The notes: generated by a model from the sequence alone, not told the origin. Numbered from the stretch's first letter, positions 41,501 to 50,539 are shown. The stretch: DNA of 64,000 nucleotides from Flavobacteriales bacterium (GCA_965661505.1 CBFIDX010000003.1:6243-70242); one strand, 5' to 3'. A program made the numbers and translations.

Positions 41501-43503
41501 CAAAAGTATTTACTGTGTCTGGAAGCTACGATGCTACATTAATCGTGATTGATTCCTTAGGTTGTTCTGATACCTTGGTCGCTTCTGATATCATTCAACT
41601 TAATGGTCCTGAAGGAATTTATGATGTAACTAATAATGTAGTTTGTAAAGATGAAACAATCACTTTTGAATCTACTCTTTACAATGCTTCTAATGTTCTT
41701 TGGAATTTTGGTGATGGGACCTTTGCAGTAGCTGATACGGTTGATCATTCTTATTCATCGAATGGAGTTTATCACCCTAGTATGATTATTAGTAATTCTT
41801 CTGGATGTCAAAATGAAATTTTTCTAGACTCAATAGTAGTTACAAATAATTCAGTTTACATTAACGATATAGGTGATTTTTCAGTTTGTCCAGAGGACTC
41901 GGTAGAAGTTAACATTGTTACGAATGGTACTATCAGCTCTTGGGTGCCTTCCATTGGAGTACAAGATACTAGTAGTACCAGTACCTTTATTAAACCTGTC
42001 AGTTCAACTACTTATATTTTGAGTGTAGAGGATGGAAATTGCATGAATAAAGATACCATTCAAATACAGGTCCATCAAGCAGTGCCACAAGCCACAGTCA
42101 GCTCAGACAGCCCATTTTGTGTAAACTCATCATTTATTTTGTCAGAAAGTGTAGTTGTTAATGAGTCTTATCAAGAAAAATGGGAGATTCTTTCAACTAC
42201 TTATTATGAAGACCCTGAGCTATTATTCTCAAATCCTGGGGTTTATCCATTTAAGTTAAAAATTGTTTCAGATTCAACCATGTGTTATTCTATACTTGAA
42301 GATAGCTTGGTTATAAATGCATCACCTATCATTGAAGCTGGAGAAAACCTAATTCTTTGCGAAGGAGATACAGCAACACTAATTGCACAAGGTGGCGCTA
42401 GCTATTTATGGAATAATACTGTTCAAGGTACAGATTTTAGTTTACTTGTAGATAGTACACAATTGGTTATTGTAGAAGGCACGGACTCGAACGGTTGTTC
42501 CGCCATAGACGATGCTCTCATTATCGTTCAACCAAAACCTTCCTTATCATTTTTAGGAGATATAGAAATATGTTTGGGTGAAGAATTAAATTTACGGACT
42601 GTTAATAATGCAAACATCTTCTTTAATGACACATTTACTAATCATTTTAAACTAATTCCTACGGAATCTTTTTCGCTTAATATTAGACATACTTCATCAG
42701 CCGGTTGTTATGATGAAAATACCATTGATGTATTAGTTAACGATACGAATAGAGCAGATTTGATTGTTTCTAACCCAATTTGTGAAGGGCAACTAGCTAG
42801 CATAAGTCTTTCGGTAGACGGTCCTCCTTTGGAAAGGCTAAGCTGGAGCATTTTTAACCAAACCACAACTGCCGATAAAATGGAGGTTATTTTTGATGAA
42901 GCAGGTATTTATAGCTCTTCGGTAATGACCCATAATATTCATGGTTGTCTTTCTTCATTTCAAATAGTAGATGTTATAGAAGTAAAAAAACAGCCAGATA
43001 TCGAAATTTATCAACTGAACACCTCATTAACAGACATAAACAATACAGCCATATTTCAGGTCTCTAATGAGCATTATCATAGTTATAATTGGGATTTTGG
43101 AGATGGTGAACTTTCTAGGCTGATGAATCCATTTCATGAGTATTTAGAAGATAGTTTGTTTCAAGTGGTATTGGAAGTAAAGGATGCCGATATGTGTACA
43201 AATTATGATACACTAGAAGTAGTTGTTCAAAAAGAATATCGCTGTTGGATACCAAATTCATTTACCCCCAATAATGATGGTTTGGATGATTTCTTTGAAC
43301 CCCTTGCTGATGAGCTTGAATATTCTATGACAATTTTTAACAATTGGGGAGGTACAGTTTACAACGGATATAATAAGGCTTGGGATGGTAATTTGAAAAA
43401 TCATTCTCAAGCGCCAATAGGAACATATACATACTTAATCACTACTCTAGATAAAAGAGGTAAGCAAAGAAATCATCAAGGTGCTCTTCATCTTTTAAGA
43501 TAA
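38533..43503 (+). CDS. giant (1656 aa) PKD-repeat cell-surface protein with T9SS type B sorting domain
   Basis: Signal peptide. About 13 consecutive roughly 83-aa PKD modules marked by W.WDFGDG, Ig-like modules, one more PKD module, then CWIPNSFTPNNDGLDDFFEP...GTYTYL...GALHLLR. Confidence 0.9.
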   Translation: MKKLNNHFSKFLMLMMVVFTTSAMGQISANYFITGPSVGCGSLTVEFFDVSTGNPSSWYWDFGNGLTSTDQHPVMFFSPGVYDIVLKVEDSISFDIISVQNAIKVYELPNVNFTVNRNSGCLPLNVVFEDLSTSSSPIVSWFWDFGDGGNDSSSISSYQYQNEGAFDVSLLVTDANQCANLASFSNFIKTEERPFIDFISTPEFSCQSNQQVDFLNTTSNVTNYFYKWDFGDGQTSTLNNPSHIYSNQGIYDIALIASSSICIDTLQKTNHVTVEGSLGVDFSTNDSIVCLDDSVFFHNESSQYASDFYWDFGDGNSSTLSNPVHLYANPGQYDVSLKVSLQGNCVQQLTKQHFVEVNEKPIIEFYAIDSVSCQLPFLLKLKDTTLNATSWSWKLNDSVIGFNSIEQVFLTSIGMYDVSVEVIGANGCVGKKSKENYIKIDPINASFVSNLQQGCTPLEVGFQVDNLGLTPMAFHVWDFGDGNQSTTSMPIHTYQIDGIFDVSVNLKNEIGCMSSVLMTDYIKSTEPPITNFILSDTLICGNDSVFFTDLSQSVQPITSWYWDFDDQPFLNSSLQNPGHSFTDTGYHSVSLITEVNSCYDTLTMDSIVYVDSPLALFYQTQNCLDYNEIKFFNESVNLDSCVWDFGDGSFSNLINPIHNYAAYGLYSVTLSVYNQNSLCIGQLTKDIVVEPPYPALTIDSLYHSEGCPPLTVLFHDVSPYSDENPSSPYNVLDLIIFGDGNESHSNYINTYTESGYYDVKHVVGNTMGCVDTLTYDSLIHIFEANANFELGAVLNCNPFEIEMTDLSVSDDSIVDWLWKSDGQISNQQNPSFIFTQEGFYDVSLKIETNEGCVDTLVVGEGVNYQPVEASIIHSNLACLKDTVFFESVSEGIEVSLNWNFTNDTSSLVYAFYNTLGVNNVQLVATDAYQCSDTVISTIEITKPVADFTVDNLTSNCPPLICSFTDLSSPSVLAWQWAFSDSSNYSVQNPSKVFTVSGSYDATLIVIDSLGCSDTLVASDIIQLNGPEGIYDVTNNVVCKDETITFESTLYNASNVLWNFGDGTFAVADTVDHSYSSNGVYHPSMIISNSSGCQNEIFLDSIVVTNNSVYINDIGDFSVCPEDSVEVNIVTNGTISSWVPSIGVQDTSSTSTFIKPVSSTTYILSVEDGNCMNKDTIQIQVHQAVPQATVSSDSPFCVNSSFILSESVVVNESYQEKWEILSTTYYEDPELLFSNPGVYPFKLKIVSDSTMCYSILEDSLVINASPIIEAGENLILCEGDTATLIAQGGASYLWNNTVQGTDFSLLVDSTQLVIVEGTDSNGCSAIDDALIIVQPKPSLSFLGDIEICLGEELNLRTVNNANIFFNDTFTNHFKLIPTESFSLNIRHTSSAGCYDENTIDVLVNDTNRADLIVSNPICEGQLASISLSVDGPPLERLSWSIFNQTTTADKMEVIFDEAGIYSSSVMTHNIHGCLSSFQIVDVIEVKKQPDIEIYQLNTSLTDINNTAIFQVSNEHYHSYNWDFGDGELSRLMNPFHEYLEDSLFQVVLEVKDADMCTNYDTLEVVVQKEYRCWIPNSFTPNNDGLDDFFEPLADELEYSMTIFNNWGGTVYNGYNKAWDGNLKNHSQAPIGTYTYLITTLDKRGKQRNHQGALHLLR

Positions 43504-43584
43504 AGATGATTGTTTTTTCATTAGAAAATGAAAGGATAATCTAAGTTATAATTGAGTATTTTTACCCCATTAAATGTTGCTATC

Positions 43585-45150
43585 ATGAACCTTAAGTTGG
43601 GTTTTATCCTCTCACTTCTTACTATTACATGCTCACCAAAAAAAGCAGATGAAACACTTGCCATTTTTAAATACAATGAATCTGCTGGTGTCAGTAGTTT
43701 AGATCCTGCCTTTGCAAAAGATCAAGCCAATGTGTGGGTTGTAGCTCAACTATTTAATGGCTTAGTTCAGCTAGATAAGGATTTGAAAGTTCAACCAGCC
43801 ATAGCTAAGAGTTGGAATGTTTCAAAAGATGTTAGAACATATACCTTTAATTTAAGAAATGATATTCTCTTTCATAAGCACACACTTTTAGAAGAGAAAA
43901 ATAGAAAAGTAAACGCGCATGACTTTGTCTATTCATTTAATCGTTTGACAGACCCAAAGGTTGCTTCCCCCGGTGCTTGGGTAATGAATAATGTAGAATC
44001 TTATAAAGCAATAAACGATTCAATTTTTAAGATTACTTTAAAATCACCCTTCCCACCATTTTTAGGACTATTATCAATGCCTTATTTTTCAGTAGTTCCA
44101 CAAGAAATAATAGAAACAACTAATTTTAGAGATCATCCAATAGGGACTGGTCCATTTCAGTTTCAGTACTGGAAAGATAATGTAAAACTTGTTTTACGTA
44201 AGAATCCTCATTATTTTGAAAATGGTATTCCAAAACTAGACGCAGTCTCGATTAGTTTTATTAAGGATAAACAAGCTGCATTTTTGGCTTTTTTAAAAGG
44301 CGATCTTGATTTTATTTCTGGTTTAGATGCCTCATACAAAGATGAGGTCCTTACTAAGTCTGGTGACTTGCAACCTACTTATCAAGATAAAATTGTAATG
44401 CAATCTCAACCCTATTTAAACACTGAATATTTGGGTTTTTTAATGGATGATAGTAATTTGTCTTTCACACAAAAAAAAGCGGTAAGAAAAGCAATAAACT
44501 ACGGATTTGATAAAGGTAAGATGATCACCTATTTACGTAATAACATAGGAGTTCCTGCTACAAAGGGATTTGTTCCTATTGGACTTCCTTCTTTTACAGA
44601 GAACCTTGAAGGGTATCATTATGATCCAAAAAAAGCTAAAAAAATTCTTTCAGATGCAGCTATTCCAAGAGGGGTGGAGATAGTGTTAAGTACTACTTCA
44701 TCCTATTTAGATATCTGTGAGTTTATCCAAAATCAAATCCAAGAAATTGGAATAAACATAGAAATAGAGGTAAACCCACCCTCTACACACAGACAAATGG
44801 TAGCCACCTCTAAATTGGATTTTTTTAGAGGTTCATGGATCGCTGATTATGCAGATGCTGAAAATTATTTAGCCTTATTTTACTCAAAGAATTTTTGTCC
44901 GCAAGGACCAAATTATACTCACTTTAGTAACGAAGAGTTCGATGGACTTTATGAGTTAGCTATTCAGGAAGTAAACGATAGTTCTCGATTTTTACTTTAT
45001 CAGCAAATGGATCAGCTCATTCTAGATGAGGCAGCAATTGTTCCTTTATATTATGATCAAATTGTACGATTTGTTCAACCTAATATTCATCATTTTGAAA
45101 GCAACGGGATGAATATGTTGAACCTCAAGAACGTAAAGAAAATTAATTAA
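43585..45150 (+). CDS. ABC transporter substrate-binding protein, family 5 (peptide/nickel), lipoprotein
   Basis: MNLKLGFILSLLTITC lipobox and an SBP_bac_5 pattern (LDPA.A.D......Q.F.GLV, GTGPF). The ATG at 43585 is preferred. Confidence 0.85.
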   Translation: MNLKLGFILSLLTITCSPKKADETLAIFKYNESAGVSSLDPAFAKDQANVWVVAQLFNGLVQLDKDLKVQPAIAKSWNVSKDVRTYTFNLRNDILFHKHTLLEEKNRKVNAHDFVYSFNRLTDPKVASPGAWVMNNVESYKAINDSIFKITLKSPFPPFLGLLSMPYFSVVPQEIIETTNFRDHPIGTGPFQFQYWKDNVKLVLRKNPHYFENGIPKLDAVSISFIKDKQAAFLAFLKGDLDFISGLDASYKDEVLTKSGDLQPTYQDKIVMQSQPYLNTEYLGFLMDDSNLSFTQKKAVRKAINYGFDKGKMITYLRNNIGVPATKGFVPIGLPSFTENLEGYHYDPKKAKKILSDAAIPRGVEIVLSTTSSYLDICEFIQNQIQEIGINIEIEVNPPSTHRQMVATSKLDFFRGSWIADYADAENYLALFYSKNFCPQGPNYTHFSNEEFDGLYELAIQEVNDSSRFLLYQQMDQLILDEAAIVPLYYDQIVRFVQPNIHHFESNGMNMLNLKNVKKIN

Positions 45151-46186
45151 AGGCTGCAACGACAGGGTAATGATCAGATAGCACTTTTTTATAGGTTTTA
45201 AAGGAATGAAGTTCTAGTTCATCAGAATAAAGAATATAGTCGATTCTCAAAGATGGGAACTTTCCGTTATAACTTCTTCCTAAACCGATTCCTTTTTCTG
45301 AAAAACCATCATTTAACCCTTGAGATAGTTGTTGATAGGCATAAGAGTTGGGTGTATCGTTAAAATCGCCACACAAAATAATAGGATAAGGTGAATTTTT
45401 CATGTGAATTTTGATTGTTTCTACTTGTTCAGCTCTAATTTTAAAGGATTTTTTTAAACGCTTACCAATGCTAAAAAGATTCTTTTTTAGAGCATTTTTT
45501 TCAAGCGTGGGGTTTTGCATAAAAGAGTAGTCACTTTCTCCAAACCAGTTAGAAGCTAAGTGTACGTTGTAAACCCTAATTGTATCATTTAGGGTAACCA
45601 TATCAGAATAGATGCAAACATTGTTTTTATGTTCTCCCTTAATGCTTACAGTTCCTTTGTTAATAATTGGAAAGTTAGAATAGGTAGCCATTCTCCATTC
45701 CTTTTTTTGACTTTGTAAACCAATGTGACGATAAGGTAATTGGATTTTAGGAAACTCATCTAAAGCATAAAATTCCTGCAAGCACAAAATATCGGGTTTT
45801 TCAGTATTTATAAATGCAACAATTTCATTTTTCACATTCTTGTTTTCAATCCATTGGTATAAATTAAATAAGCGAACATTGTAGCTCATTACTGAAAATG
45901 ATGATTCACTTTGTGATGGCGTATTGTTTACTTTAATGAAAGCATTTAAATGTCCCCACCCAATTAAAATGATGACTAAATTGCTCCAAAAATACCTTTT
46001 TAAAGTAACCAGCCAATAAAGCATAAAGCTTGTGTTGATAATAAGAAAAATAGGGTACAAAAGACCTAGAAACGCTAGTGGCCAAAGAAAGGAATTTGGA
46101 CTGATGTAAGGTGCTAAGTAAGAAAGTGCTAAAGGAAAAAGAGAAAGTAAATTAATTATGTAAAAAATGCGATTCAACCATTTCAT
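45143..46186 (-). CDS. membrane-anchored endonuclease/exonuclease/phosphatase (EEP) family protein
   Basis: Three N-terminal TM helices and an EEP fold (SYNV, CLQE, GDFN, SDHYPV). Confidence 0.85.
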   Translation of the reverse strand: MKWLNRIFYIINLLSLFPLALSYLAPYISPNSFLWPLAFLGLLYPIFLIINTSFMLYWLVTLKRYFWSNLVIILIGWGHLNAFIKVNNTPSQSESSFSVMSYNVRLFNLYQWIENKNVKNEIVAFINTEKPDILCLQEFYALDEFPKIQLPYRHIGLQSQKKEWRMATYSNFPIINKGTVSIKGEHKNNVCIYSDMVTLNDTIRVYNVHLASNWFGESDYSFMQNPTLEKNALKKNLFSIGKRLKKSFKIRAEQVETIKIHMKNSPYPIILCGDFNDTPNSYAYQQLSQGLNDGFSEKGIGLGRSYNGKFPSLRIDYILYSDELELHSFKTYKKVLSDHYPVVAAFN

Positions 46187-47055
46187 TTTTTACTTGCTTT
46201 AAAAAGAGTTTCTTTTTCCTGTTTATTTAAACTTTCGTAACCAGACTTAGATATTTTATCTAAAATCCTGTTTATATCTTCTTGTGCAGCAGCTTTGTTA
46301 GCTCTCCACTGATCATCATTTTTAGGTCGGTTATAAACCGTTTTTAAAGAGCTAGGCTTTTTCTTAAAAAAGTGAAATATCGATTTTAAAAGCCAGTCAA
46401 AGCTTTTTGACCAGTCTTTTCCACTTTTAAGTTGCTGGATGTATAAAAAACCGTACAGAGCTCCACCAAGGTGTGCAATGTGTCCGCCAGCATTTCCTTT
46501 TGGAATACTTAAAATATCTAACAAAATTGAAAAGATTGCTATGTGTTTTAACTTAACTCTTCCGATTAGCGTTAGTTGAACAGAATAGTTGGGGGTATAA
46601 GTTGCGATGGCGGTAACAATTGCAAGTACTGAGGCTGAAGCTCCAATTGCCATAGACTGGTTTAAGTTTTGTTGAAAAACTGGAAATGTATTGAAAGCTA
46701 CAACATAACTAAATGCACCAAAAATACCACCCAAAACATAGGTGCTAAGGAGTTGTTTGTTGTTAAGGTATTGTAAGAAAATCTGACCTCCAAAAAAAAG
46801 CCACAATAAATTAAATAAAATGTGTAAAAAACCCTGATGAACAAACATATAGCTGATGAAAGACCATGGTTTTTGAGCAATCTTTGTAACTTCAGCAGGT
46901 AGTGCAAACCAGTTAATGATGTCCCAGGTATTTGTTTGCATCAAAAAGGCAAAAACACCAAAAAACTTGATTAAAACAAAAACACTAATATTAATGTATA
47001 TCAACTTAGTGAGATTGTTTCCAGCTCGAAATTGTTTTTTTAACTCTTTAATCAT
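46183..47055 (-). CDS. rhomboid family intramembrane serine protease (with C-terminal soluble tail)
   Basis: HQGFLHILFNL, a GASAS serine motif and AHLGGALYG histidine. The tail reads ILDKISKSGYESLNKQEKETLF. Confidence 0.85.
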   Translation of the reverse strand: MIKELKKQFRAGNNLTKLIYINISVFVLIKFFGVFAFLMQTNTWDIINWFALPAEVTKIAQKPWSFISYMFVHQGFLHILFNLLWLFFGGQIFLQYLNNKQLLSTYVLGGIFGAFSYVVAFNTFPVFQQNLNQSMAIGASASVLAIVTAIATYTPNYSVQLTLIGRVKLKHIAIFSILLDILSIPKGNAGGHIAHLGGALYGFLYIQQLKSGKDWSKSFDWLLKSIFHFFKKKPSSLKTVYNRPKNDDQWRANKAAAQEDINRILDKISKSGYESLNKQEKETLFKASKK

Positions 47056-47798
47056 TAATAGAAATGCTGACTATTTTTACGCCAATATTTTATCAGAAAG
47101 TATCCAAAAATCATCCCTCCTAGGTGAGCAAAATGAGCGACATTGTCGCCGGGGTTATTTTGAATTCCAGACCATAGCTCTACTGCTCCATAAAACATGA
47201 CAAAGTATTTTGCTTTTATTGGTAGTGCGAAATAAATGTAAATAAGTGTGTTGGGAAATAACATACCGAATGCTAAAAGCACACCAAAAACAGCTCCAGA
47301 AGCACCTACAGTGGGGATGTGATACAAAGCATTTAACTCGCGCATATTTACATCCGTAAAATTCATGCCATTTTTCAATGCAGAATACCCGTCTGTTAAA
47401 ACAAGATTGATCTGTTCTGCACTCATTTTTGCTTCTAAGAATGAAATTTGTAACTGATTAACGCCAATATGCAAGGCTGCAGCTCCCATCCCTGTTATTA
47501 AAAAATAAGTTAAAAAACGTTTGCTGCCCCAAACATTTTCTAGCTGATTACCAAACATCCATAATGCAAACATGTTAAAGAAAATATGCCCAAGATTTCC
47601 ATGCATAAATAAGTGTGTGATTATTTGATGTGGCCTGAAATCAGGTGATTGGAAGGGGTGAAGCCCTAGAAAATCCACCAAATTAATGTCAAAAGAAGAC
47701 TCCATGACATAGGTTCCTAAATAGAACAAGCCGTTTATGATGAGTAGATTCTTAACTACTTCTGGTAAAAAACTGAATTTAGCAGGTCTGTAATTCAT
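47055..47798 (-). CDS. rhomboid family intramembrane serine protease
   Basis: FMHGNLGHIFFNM, the catalytic GASGAVFG motif and AHLGGMIFG. Confidence 0.9.
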   Translation of the reverse strand: MNYRPAKFSFLPEVVKNLLIINGLFYLGTYVMESSFDINLVDFLGLHPFQSPDFRPHQIITHLFMHGNLGHIFFNMFALWMFGNQLENVWGSKRFLTYFLITGMGAAALHIGVNQLQISFLEAKMSAEQINLVLTDGYSALKNGMNFTDVNMRELNALYHIPTVGASGAVFGVLLAFGMLFPNTLIYIYFALPIKAKYFVMFYGAVELWSGIQNNPGDNVAHFAHLGGMIFGYFLIKYWRKNSQHFY

Positions 47799-47800
47799 AT

Positions 47801-49576
47801 TTAAAATTTTTCAGCTAACTCATCTAGTGTTAGCGTAACAAGCGTTGGTTGCCCATTTGCGGTATTGTTTGGTGATTCACATGCGAAAAGTTCATCTATT
47901 AACCGGTTCATTTCAGTTGGACTCAATGCTTGACCTATTTTAATGCTTACGCTCTTGGCAAGAGCGGCGGCAAGTTTGTCTATATTATTATTTGTTAACT
48001 GAGCATTGTTTTTATATTGCTCTATCAGATCTTCAAAAAGATGTTGCGCAAGTTCCTGTGTTCCTTCGGAAGGAATCCCTTGTATAACAATCTTGTTGCC
48101 GCCCATGGTTTCCCAAACAAAACCCAATTGATGTGTTTCCTTCTTTATCTCCTCTGCTAACGCCAAATCAGCACTGTTTAGTTCAACTGTTTGTGGAAAC
48201 AATAATTGTTGACTACTGAGTTGATTAGATTCTTGTTTTAGAAATTGTTCGTATAAAATACGTTCATGGGCTCTTTGCTGATGAATAATTATTAAACCAG
48301 ATTTAATAGGAGATAGAATGTATTTATGGTGTAGTTGAAAACTAGCTTTTTGTAAGTGCGTTTCTTCCCAATCTTGTTGAATAACTATTTGGTTTGGTTT
48401 TGAATGAGTAGAAGGGATGTTCTCAAAAAGCGCTTCCCAATTATCTGTTTTAGTTTTCTTTTTAGCGCTACCCTGTTCAAAAGGATTGTAAGAGGTATCT
48501 ACTTTAATGGTAGGTGCTTTAACAGCTATTTTGCTTGCTTGTATGTTGTCAAAAGATGGATCCCTTTCAAAATCAAGGGAAGGGGCGATGTTATGCTGTC
48601 CTAAAGCTCGTTTTACACAAGAGCGGACAATGGCATAGATTGCTTTTTCGTCCTCAAATTTAATTTCAGTTTTAGTGGGATGAATGTTAACATCAATAAG
48701 TTTAGGATCAACATCAAAAAATAAAAAATAGGATGGGTGAAACCCCTTAGCAATCAATTCTTCAAAGGCAGAATTTACAGCATAGTGTAGATATCCACTT
48801 TTTATAAAGCGTTTGTTTACAAAAAAGTATTGTTCTCCTCTAGTTTTTCGAGCAAATTCAGGTTTACCTACATATCCCTTTATTCTTACAAGATTAGTTT
48901 CTTCTTCTACAGGTACAAGTTTTTCATTGTATTTGTTTCCAAATACATTAACGATTCTTTGTCTTGTTGACGATTTAGGAAGATGAAACAATTCATTGCC
49001 ATTGTGGTGCATGCTCATGTTTACTTCAAAATTTGCTAAAGCTACTCGTTGAAATTCCTCTATGATATGCTTGAGTTCTACAGCATCAGATTTTAGAAAA
49101 TTTCTTCTAGCTGGAATATTGTAAAAAAGGTTTTTTATTGAAATAGATGTGCCTTTTGTAAAAGCGCAATTTTCTTGATTTTTTATTTCGCTTCCTTCTA
49201 TGATGATACGAGTACCTACATTCTCCGAATGTAATTTTGTTTTTAACTCAATGTGTGCAATAGCTGCCATTGAAGCCATAGCTTCTCCTCTAAAACCCAT
49301 TGTGCGTATGGCAAAAAGATCATTAGCATCTTTTATTTTTGAGGTAGCGTGTCGCTCAAAACACATGCGGGCATCTGTTGAGCTCATACCACATCCGTTG
49401 TCTACCACTTGAATGAGAGTTTTCCCTGCATCCTTAATAATTAACTGTACGTGATCTGCACCTGAGTCGATGGCATTCTCTAGCATTTCTTTTACTGCAG
49501 AAGCCGGTCGTTGAATAACCTCACCAGCTGCAATTTGGTTAGCTACATGATCTGGTAATAGTTGTATGATATCCAA
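47801..49576 (-). CDS. mutL: DNA mismatch repair endonuclease MutL
   Basis: IAAGEVIQRPASAVKEMLENAIDSGA, the GHKL ATPase fold (DNGCGM, GFRGEAL-like) and a C-terminal dimerisation/endonuclease domain. Confidence 0.96.
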   Translation of the reverse strand: MDIIQLLPDHVANQIAAGEVIQRPASAVKEMLENAIDSGADHVQLIIKDAGKTLIQVVDNGCGMSSTDARMCFERHATSKIKDANDLFAIRTMGFRGEAMASMAAIAHIELKTKLHSENVGTRIIIEGSEIKNQENCAFTKGTSISIKNLFYNIPARRNFLKSDAVELKHIIEEFQRVALANFEVNMSMHHNGNELFHLPKSSTRQRIVNVFGNKYNEKLVPVEEETNLVRIKGYVGKPEFARKTRGEQYFFVNKRFIKSGYLHYAVNSAFEELIAKGFHPSYFLFFDVDPKLIDVNIHPTKTEIKFEDEKAIYAIVRSCVKRALGQHNIAPSLDFERDPSFDNIQASKIAVKAPTIKVDTSYNPFEQGSAKKKTKTDNWEALFENIPSTHSKPNQIVIQQDWEETHLQKASFQLHHKYILSPIKSGLIIIHQQRAHERILYEQFLKQESNQLSSQQLLFPQTVELNSADLALAEEIKKETHQLGFVWETMGGNKIVIQGIPSEGTQELAQHLFEDLIEQYKNNAQLTNNNIDKLAAALAKSVSIKIGQALSPTEMNRLIDELFACESPNNTANGQPTLVTLTLDELAEKF

Positions 49577-49579
49577 CGG

Positions 49580-49924
49580 CTAAAATTTTAAAATTAAATA
49601 AGTAATGGCACACAATGCTAAGAAAATGATAATCACCATTCTATTAGCTGTTTTATTAGCTGCTACGCGTTTGGCAGGCCCCCAATGATTAGTAAATCGT
49701 AAATTACTTCTTCCTTTCTCAGCATCCAAAACTCGTTGATCAAATTTTTCCTTTCGCTCGTCATAGTAACGGGTTTTGAAATCAAACCGCCTATGTTTAA
49801 TCGTTTTAAGAAAGCCAGGAATTTTAGGTGCTTGCATCACACAAAAATAAACAAAAGCGAACAATAGAGTAGGAGAGATTGCGAGCAATTTTTGTATCCT
49901 TTTTTTAGCATAAATAATGATCAA
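49580..49924 (-). CDS. small membrane protein upstream of mutL (hypothetical)
   Basis: ORF with a C-terminal TM helix, 4 nt upstream of mutL. The true start may be the internal ATG at 49837 (MQAPKIPG...). Confidence 0.45.
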   Translation of the reverse strand: MIIIYAKKRIQKLLAISPTLLFAFVYFCVMQAPKIPGFLKTIKHRRFDFKTRYYDERKEKFDQRVLDAEKGRSNLRFTNHWGPAKRVAANKTANRMVIIIFLALCAITYLILKF

Positions 49925-50143
49925 TAATTAGGTGTAAATATTACAATTGTAAACATAATTAACTCGTTTTTTTCTGCAAATCAATCTTTGTTACTTTTAA
50001 AATACATATATAAATTTAATAATCACAAAATCAATAATATATAAGCTTTAAATAAAGCCCTTGTTTTAATAAATTAGAATTTAAAATTCAATTTTTGATC
50101 TTAAAAAAACTAATTTGACTACAAAAACAATGCGAGATTTTAT

Positions 50144-50151
50144 TACATTTG
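50144..50151 (+). promoter_or_regulatory. candidate -7 promoter box (TACATTTG) for the HTH gene, embedded in the TTACA-N2-TGTAA inverted repeat
   Basis: Exact TAnnTTTG, 15 nt upstream of the ATG at 50167. Confidence 0.4.
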
Positions 50152-50166
50152 TAACAGTTCTAAAAT

Positions 50167-50496
50167 ATGGAAAATCGCATTCAAAAAATCATTGATGACC
50201 AGGCAATTTCACTAAATGCTTTTGCTCAAGAAATTGGTGTGAACCGCTCTACAGTATCTCATATTTTAACTGCTCGAAACAAGCCAAGCGTTGAAGTTTT
50301 GCAAAAGATTTTAAAACGATTCCCAAGTATTTCAACCGACTGGCTTTTATTTGGTACTGGGGCTATGCATGTTAAAAATGAAGCTGTTTCATCTTCCGAT
50401 AAGGCCAGCAATCCTGATCAGTTAACCAACAAAACGGTAGATAAAGTTGTCGTTTTCTTCACTGACAATACTTTTCAAGAGTACAAACCCTGTTAA
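50167..50496 (+). CDS. XRE-family helix-turn-helix transcriptional regulator (small, Bacteroidota-type)
   Basis: HTH_3-like region SLNAFAQEIGVNRSTVSHILT.RNKPS...L.KIL..FP.IS..WLL.G.G. Confidence 0.8.
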   Translation: MENRIQKIIDDQAISLNAFAQEIGVNRSTVSHILTARNKPSVEVLQKILKRFPSISTDWLLFGTGAMHVKNEAVSSSDKASNPDQLTNKTVDKVVVFFTDNTFQEYKPC

Positions 50497-50511
50497 AAAG
50501 CGGGATTATTG

Positions 50512-50519
50512 TAATTTTG
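50512..50519 (+). promoter_or_regulatory. candidate -7 promoter box (TAATTTTG) for pyrD
   Basis: Exact TAnnTTTG, 20 nt upstream of the ATG at 50540. Confidence 0.4.
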
Positions 50520-50539
50520 TACGAGCTAAATAAGGAAGC

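Noticed and set aside
38700-43120. Periodic DNA motif TGGGATTTTGG(T/A)GATGG recurring roughly every 250 nt, superficially array-like
   Set aside because: It encodes the WDFGDG core of successive PKD domains within one continuous ORF. The spacing is irregular and the segments between motifs are coding, so this is not a CRISPR array or a non-coding repeat array.
43504-43545. Hairpin TTTTCATT-AGAA-AATGAAA after the PKD gene as a terminator
   Set aside because: The stem is purely AT and imperfect, and it is not followed by a T-run, so the evidence is insufficient to call an intrinsic terminator.
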